DNA of 27,825 nucleotides, from IMG/VR virus record IMGVR_UViG_3300022666_000355, positions 1 to 27,825 of that record. One strand, given 5' to 3'. Source of the stretch: a virus. Its lineage: Duplodnaviria; Caudoviricetes. Positions 22,992-27,825 of the stretch are shown here, one piece after another (position 1 is the first letter of the stretch; each line of letters begins with the position of its first letter). Both the position numbers and the translations under genes were made by a program. Below the pieces are notes generated by a model, which was not told where the DNA came from, searched no databases, and saw nothing but the letters and a program-made list of their open reading frames with translations.

Positions 22992-25894
22992 TGGCAGAAC
23001 TTTCCTTCCGCTTGGTCCTGATTACCGACGACGCTTCTGGCAAGCTCCAATCCGTAGCCCAGGAAGCCGAAGACCTCAAAGCAAAGGTCGAAACTCCCAA
23101 AGAGGTCAAGCTCTCCGCGGAGCAAGCCCTCGCTACGATCCGTGACGTCAAGATCGCCGTCGATGGAGTCCTCCAAGTCTTCAGCGGCTTGGCCAACGGC
23201 ATGAATCAGTTCATGGACGAAGCCCTCGCCGCGCGTCAAGCCATGACCCTTGCCAAGCTCACCTTCGGCGAATCTGCGCAGGAGATGTCCAACTTCGCCA
23301 ATTCCATGCAGCAGGTCACCAACTTCGAAGGTGACAAACTCCTGGCACTCATGGCCAAGCTCTCCATGACCTACAAGATGACCGGCGGGGATATTAAAGC
23401 ATTGACCCCGTATCTCCTGGACTTTACCGAAGCCAATAAAGCCACCGGTATGACCGTGGAAACCGCCTTTGACCTCATGGGAAAAGCCCTCAATGGACAT
23501 ACTGAAATGCTCGGACGCTACGGCATAGAACTGGACGATGTCCGCCTTAAACAGGAAGGTGCAGCCTACCTGGTCGAAAAGCTCTCTTCCGAATATGCCG
23601 GTACCGCCACCGCCCTGGCTGATCTCCGCCTTCAGAATCAAAACGTCTGGGGCGATGTCAAAGAGTCCATCGGCGATATGCTTCAGGTGCTCATTACCCC
23701 CCTGCTGCAGGGACTCAAGTGGCTCATGGAATCTTACAATAGCCTCTCTCCCGTGCTCAAAGGCTTCGCCGCCGGCATCATGATCGCAATTCCCCTGGTC
23801 GTATCCATCACCACCGGGATCGTCGCCCTTACCGCCGCGGTCCATGCCCTCAAGACCGCCATCAATCCAGTAGCCGGGACCATCGGTATCATCGTGGGAC
23901 TCCTCTCTGCTGTAGGCTTTGGACTTGCGTCTGCCAAGCTAAGCATGGATGCCGCTGGTGAAGCTTCAGAGACTATGTCACAAAAAATCGGAGATGTTAA
24001 TCGCGAAACGGACGTAGAGGTCGAAAAGTTTAAGCTCTTATCGAACCGGCTCCTGGAGATCAAAAACGCGACTAATGCGACTAACGCAGAGAAAGAAGAG
24101 ATGCGTGGGATCATCAAGAATTTGAATGATGAATATAAGCCGTATCTGGGTAACTTAAATCTTGAAACTGCAGGATACAATGAAATAGCCGCTGCCGCGA
24201 AAAGTGCTGCTGAAAACATTGCCAAAAAGAAGCTCGCAGAAGGATTTGGCTCATTAGCGGCAGAGCAGGCTGATAAAGTCGCCAGGGCTCGCTTACGGCT
24301 GGATAAAGCGATGATCTTCAGTCCGCAAGAACAGGAAGACCTGGCTATGTCTCGCGAGGGCGGTGGACAAGGTGGTGGAGCAGACTGGGCAAAACAGATA
24401 CATAAACAACATCAAGACCGAATTGACTTCTTTACTAAAGAGTACCAAACAGAAGTAGCTGAATATCAGAGAGTAGTCAAAGCATATACTGACGCCATGA
24501 CTGCTGCTGACATGAGCATTACTGACAATACTGGCACTGGATCCGGATCCGGTTCTACCTCACCCCTCGACGACGAAAAACGCCGCTATGAGGATATGGT
24601 CAAAGAGCTTGCCGACTTAATGAAATCAGCTACCGAAAAGATCGAAGAGGAATACAAAACCCGTCTGGCTCTCATCCAGAAATATACTAAAGACGGATCC
24701 GAAGAAGAGAAAAAGCAGCTCGCGGATCTTGAAGCCTGGAAGACCACCAAGATCAAAGAAGCCCAGGACAAAGAGAAAGAGCTTCAGGATAAGATGATCG
24801 CCGACGGACTGGCCGCCGAAAAAGGCAAATTCGAGAAGCAGATAGAGTACTATTCAAACCTCGAAAACCTCGGTATCTCCACCTATGACGCCCTCAAACA
24901 GACCATGAGCGATTACTATGCCTGGGCAAAGGAGCACCTCACCAAAGAAGAGGCAGCTCTCATTCTGGCTCAGATGCGCGAGTCCAATCTCAGGTGGGGC
25001 AAGCACCGCGCCGATCAGCTTTACAACGAACTTGAACACCGTAAGGAACTGGCAGATATCAACGAAGATTTTCACAAGAAAGACCTGGAATTAGCCGGTA
25101 ATACCTTTGCCCTTCAGCTCCAGGCTATAGACGATTACTATGCCGCCAATAAAGCCAAACTCATCCAGGCTGGCGTCACTGAAGCTCAGATCGTAGCTCA
25201 GCAGGAAGCCCAAAAGAACAAGATCAAGCTCGATGCGGCCGCTCAGTTATCCTCCGGGACTGCAAGCATCCTTAATACCCTGGCTAATGCCCAGGATAAA
25301 GAGAGCGAGAAAGGCTTTAAGACATGGAAAGCCCTGGCAACCGCTCAAGCTCTGGTAGATATCCCCTCCAGCGCTATAGCCGCCTATAAATCGGTGGTCG
25401 GAGTTCCCGTAGTCGGTCCCGTCCTCGCTGTAGCCGCCGCCGCTGCTGCAGTGGCTGCCGGAGTCGCCAATCTCAATCAGATATCAAAGGCAAAGTACGA
25501 AAAAGCCGAATTTGGCATGTATGTCAATGGCCCGTCTCACGCCCAGGGCGGTGTCCCCATCGAAGTAGAAGGCGGTGAGTTCATCACCCGCAAAGAACGA
25601 GTCTCTGCCCTGGGACGCTCCTTCTTTGAATTCCTCAATTTTGCCCCGATCGAGGCGGTGAAGCGGGTATTCAGCGGATTCTCGCTTCCGAGACTATCGG
25701 TTCCGATGCCGGAATATGCTTATGCCGGGGGTGGAAGCGTGAGTAATAATGGTATTTACAGCTTACTTGAGCAGATATCTACGAAGCTGGATATGAGGCC
25801 GTCAGTGATTGTTAATGTCGATCCGATCACCGGCAAGGCTGTGATACTGTCTGAACTGATGGATGAGGGTAAAATGATCAGGAGCGAGGTGTAA
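22991..25894 (+). CDS. Tail tape measure protein
   Basis: 967 aa, Ala-rich helical; LITDDASGKL N-terminus, central hydrophobic helices, GPSHAQGGV..EGGEFI near the C-terminus. Confidence 0.93.
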   Translation: MAELSFRLVLITDDASGKLQSVAQEAEDLKAKVETPKEVKLSAEQALATIRDVKIAVDGVLQVFSGLANGMNQFMDEALAARQAMTLAKLTFGESAQEMSNFANSMQQVTNFEGDKLLALMAKLSMTYKMTGGDIKALTPYLLDFTEANKATGMTVETAFDLMGKALNGHTEMLGRYGIELDDVRLKQEGAAYLVEKLSSEYAGTATALADLRLQNQNVWGDVKESIGDMLQVLITPLLQGLKWLMESYNSLSPVLKGFAAGIMIAIPLVVSITTGIVALTAAVHALKTAINPVAGTIGIIVGLLSAVGFGLASAKLSMDAAGEASETMSQKIGDVNRETDVEVEKFKLLSNRLLEIKNATNATNAEKEEMRGIIKNLNDEYKPYLGNLNLETAGYNEIAAAAKSAAENIAKKKLAEGFGSLAAEQADKVARARLRLDKAMIFSPQEQEDLAMSREGGGQGGGADWAKQIHKQHQDRIDFFTKEYQTEVAEYQRVVKAYTDAMTAADMSITDNTGTGSGSGSTSPLDDEKRRYEDMVKELADLMKSATEKIEEEYKTRLALIQKYTKDGSEEEKKQLADLEAWKTTKIKEAQDKEKELQDKMIADGLAAEKGKFEKQIEYYSNLENLGISTYDALKQTMSDYYAWAKEHLTKEEAALILAQMRESNLRWGKHRADQLYNELEHRKELADINEDFHKKDLELAGNTFALQLQAIDDYYAANKAKLIQAGVTEAQIVAQQEAQKNKIKLDAAAQLSSGTASILNTLANAQDKESEKGFKTWKALATAQALVDIPSSAIAAYKSVVGVPVVGPVLAVAAAAAAVAAGVANLNQISKAKYEKAEFGMYVNGPSHAQGGVPIEVEGGEFITRKERVSALGRSFFEFLNFAPIEAVKRVFSGFSLPRLSVPMPEYAYAGGGSVSNNGIYSLLEQISTKLDMRPSVIVNVDPITGKAVILSELMDEGKMIRSEV

Positions 25895-25897
25895 GCG

Positions 25898-27385
25898 ATG
25901 CCGAATTTGTTTAAGATAGACTTTGTGCAGGGTAAGACGGATGCCAGTGACTATAGCCAGGTAAAGCACAGCCTGGTGGACACTGCTTCCAATAGAGTGG
26001 TCATCAGTTTGACGATATCCGGGGATAAGCTGCAGAGCGTAAGCAACTACTCCAGGGAGCCCAAAAGGCTCGTATTTGAGTGTTTCCCCACGAGCTGGAT
26101 AACGGACAACATCCTCTCCGGAAGCAACGAGCATGAGCGGTATATATCGCACTTTGAGGTGAAGGTTTACCGGGATGGAGTGCTGTTTTTTACGGGGATC
26201 ATCGACACATCGCAACTGAGCTATGACGTGAGCTCCGGGATCGTGAAATTTACGTGTTATGACAAGATCAAGCTGATGAGTGTGTTTTCGGATCTGACGC
26301 ATTATTATAGCCTGACGGCGGGTTATCTGCCGATCTGGATACTGGGATACTTTTTGCAGGATATACAGCAGACGATTCCGGTGAATATTCCGTATTTGAA
26401 TCAGTTTGCGGTGCCTTCGCACTTGATCCCATCAGGATCACCACTGACGATTGTGCATGTGGATTTTGATGATCTGCTGCAGTTCCCTAACCCTGCTAAT
26501 GGCTGGACATACAGCTATCATAGCAGCGGCTGGCCAGGACCTTATTGGGGATACCTGGTTGATACTCCCAGCAATAAGATCACATTCGTCTTTGCCTATA
26601 AGAAGGTGATCCAGGCAACCTATCCCAGTCCTGCGACTACGCGTTATCAGGGCAGGTTTAGAGGCAAGGTTTACCGCTTTCTGAATGGCATTTGTCCTAT
26701 CGTGGTGGAGTATGATGAGAAGACCGGGTGGGAAGAAGATATCATATCCGTTGACAATGCCTATAACGAGTTTTTGAGCTTTTTTAACGATAATAGCATC
26801 AGCAGCAATACGCTGTTTAGCGGGCTGAGCAGTACCGGGAGTTTGGATGGACGGAGCTATGGGAGCAGCCAGTATGTGGATCATTGGATTGAAGCGCAGT
26901 GCAGCGGCAACATCTTCCCCAGCCGGATACAGCCAGGTAAATCTTATGAGACATATAAGGAAGAGCAAACGGACAATATCAAGGCATTGCAAGGGATGCT
27001 GATGCTGTATAATGCCACGATCTTCACTACTGCTGCAGGGCAGATCATCCTGAAGAATAAGGACGCGTATTCCGCTACTATTATAGATATAGAAGATGAG
27101 GACGTGATTAGCTTTGTGACGAAGCGGGGTAACCAAGAGAAGCCGGGGATCACTGCTATAGATGTGTTGGCTGGTGATACGACACAGCTTCAGGGCATAG
27201 TTAAGGGCTATCTGATCGACTTCTATGATTCCAAGTGGAGCGTTGAAGTTACGATTGATCAGCTATCCAAATACAGTCTGTCGCTGCAGAGCAAGATTAG
27301 GATTAAGACGCTCGTTTATGCCATAACTGAGATTGAGCGAGACTACGTAAATGATGAGTATAAGGTGAAAGCATGGCTGTTATAA
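25898..27385 (+). CDS. Putative tail tip/hub protein
   Basis: Follows the tape measure gene; VKVYRDGVLFFTGII..VKFTCYD pattern of tail hub proteins. Confidence 0.65.
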   Translation: MPNLFKIDFVQGKTDASDYSQVKHSLVDTASNRVVISLTISGDKLQSVSNYSREPKRLVFECFPTSWITDNILSGSNEHERYISHFEVKVYRDGVLFFTGIIDTSQLSYDVSSGIVKFTCYDKIKLMSVFSDLTHYYSLTAGYLPIWILGYFLQDIQQTIPVNIPYLNQFAVPSHLIPSGSPLTIVHVDFDDLLQFPNPANGWTYSYHSSGWPGPYWGYLVDTPSNKITFVFAYKKVIQATYPSPATTRYQGRFRGKVYRFLNGICPIVVEYDEKTGWEEDIISVDNAYNEFLSFFNDNSISSNTLFSGLSSTGSLDGRSYGSSQYVDHWIEAQCSGNIFPSRIQPGKSYETYKEEQTDNIKALQGMLMLYNATIFTTAAGQIILKNKDAYSATIIDIEDEDVISFVTKRGNQEKPGITAIDVLAGDTTQLQGIVKGYLIDFYDSKWSVEVTIDQLSKYSLSLQSKIRIKTLVYAITEIERDYVNDEYKVKAWLL

Positions 27386-27825
27386 GTGGTTTTAGATTGA
27401 TTCGACAGACACCTGGGGGTGTGCATTACTTTAACTGTACCAACGGACAGGTGGACTATAATCCGGGGCGGAAGTACCGACTGGAGAAGAGGAATGCCTT
27501 TGATCCATCCATACTGCATCAGAGAGAAGAATATCGTGAGGATGGCTTTGATCTGCAGGCAATACTGACGCCTGAAGAGTATAATACTCTGGTGAGCTTT
27601 ATCACTGCAGCAGGGCAGCTTTATCTGGAATATACGGCGTATAATGAAGTTAAGAGCCAGTTCCCGGTGAGAGTGACGAATCTGCCGAAGTGTCCGGATG
27701 ATCTGCATGAGTATCCGGAGAAGGTGAAGTTTTCATTAGAATCAAGATACATCGGATCACCCGGGTATATTGATTTTGGGATCATCGTTATCGAGGATGA
27801 TAACGATTTTGTGACATCAAATTGA
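27373..27825 (+). CDS. Hypothetical tail protein (distal-tail-like)
   Basis: AAGGTG SD, overlaps the upstream gene, 150 aa; function from position only. Confidence 0.55.
   Translation: MAVISGFRLIRQTPGGVHYFNCTNGQVDYNPGRKYRLEKRNAFDPSILHQREEYREDGFDLQAILTPEEYNTLVSFITAAGQLYLEYTAYNEVKSQFPVRVTNLPKCPDDLHEYPEKVKFSLESRYIGSPGYIDFGIIVIEDDNDFVTSN

Larger units (their letters stand above)
1..27825 (+). mobile_element. Mu-like transposable prophage/phage, internal part (ends not in window)
   Basis: Adjacent DDE transposase and AAA+ ATPase, GemA-like and DUF3164 genes, then terminase, portal, capsid, tail and tape measure genes, tightly packed on one strand with many ATGA/TAATG overlaps. Confidence 0.95.

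Noticed and set aside
1-27825. Stop-codon reassignment, inteins/introns, tRNA or rRNA genes
   Set aside because: Genes are full length under the standard code with all three stops used; no intein motifs or cloverleaf seen by eye (tRNAscan not run).

Overview
Interior of a Mu-like transposable (pro)phage, almost entirely on the + strand; neither phage end nor the repressor is in the window. The early/middle block (1-10421) encodes a DDE transposase (MuA-like), an AAA+ ATPase (MuB-like), HTH proteins, a GemA-like protein, a T7-lysozyme-type amidase, DUF3102-like, DnaJ-type Zn-finger, DUF3164 and Phg_2220_C proteins, and ends in a clear intrinsic terminator. The late block (10540-27825) encodes small and large terminase, a gp7/MuF head protein, connectors, a PBSX-type portal, a fused XkdF-protease/major-capsid protein, a holin-like protein, two paralogous tail-tube-like genes, a tail chaperone with a predicted -1 frameshift, a tape measure protein and tail-tip proteins; no sheath is seen, so a siphovirus-type tail is inferred. 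The most unusual feature is that the phage is colonised by several families of short repeats: nine same-orientation copies of a 27-bp dRS3/REP-like palindrome (five inside genes, all read as xDS(S/R)L..ND), GTTAAT arrays, ATGGACNNN arrays and others, which pile up in the transposase linker and at gene junctions. Three late proteins also carry apparent Sec signal peptides. Family assignments come from motif recognition by eye, not database searches; a Cloacimonadota-like host is only a guess.
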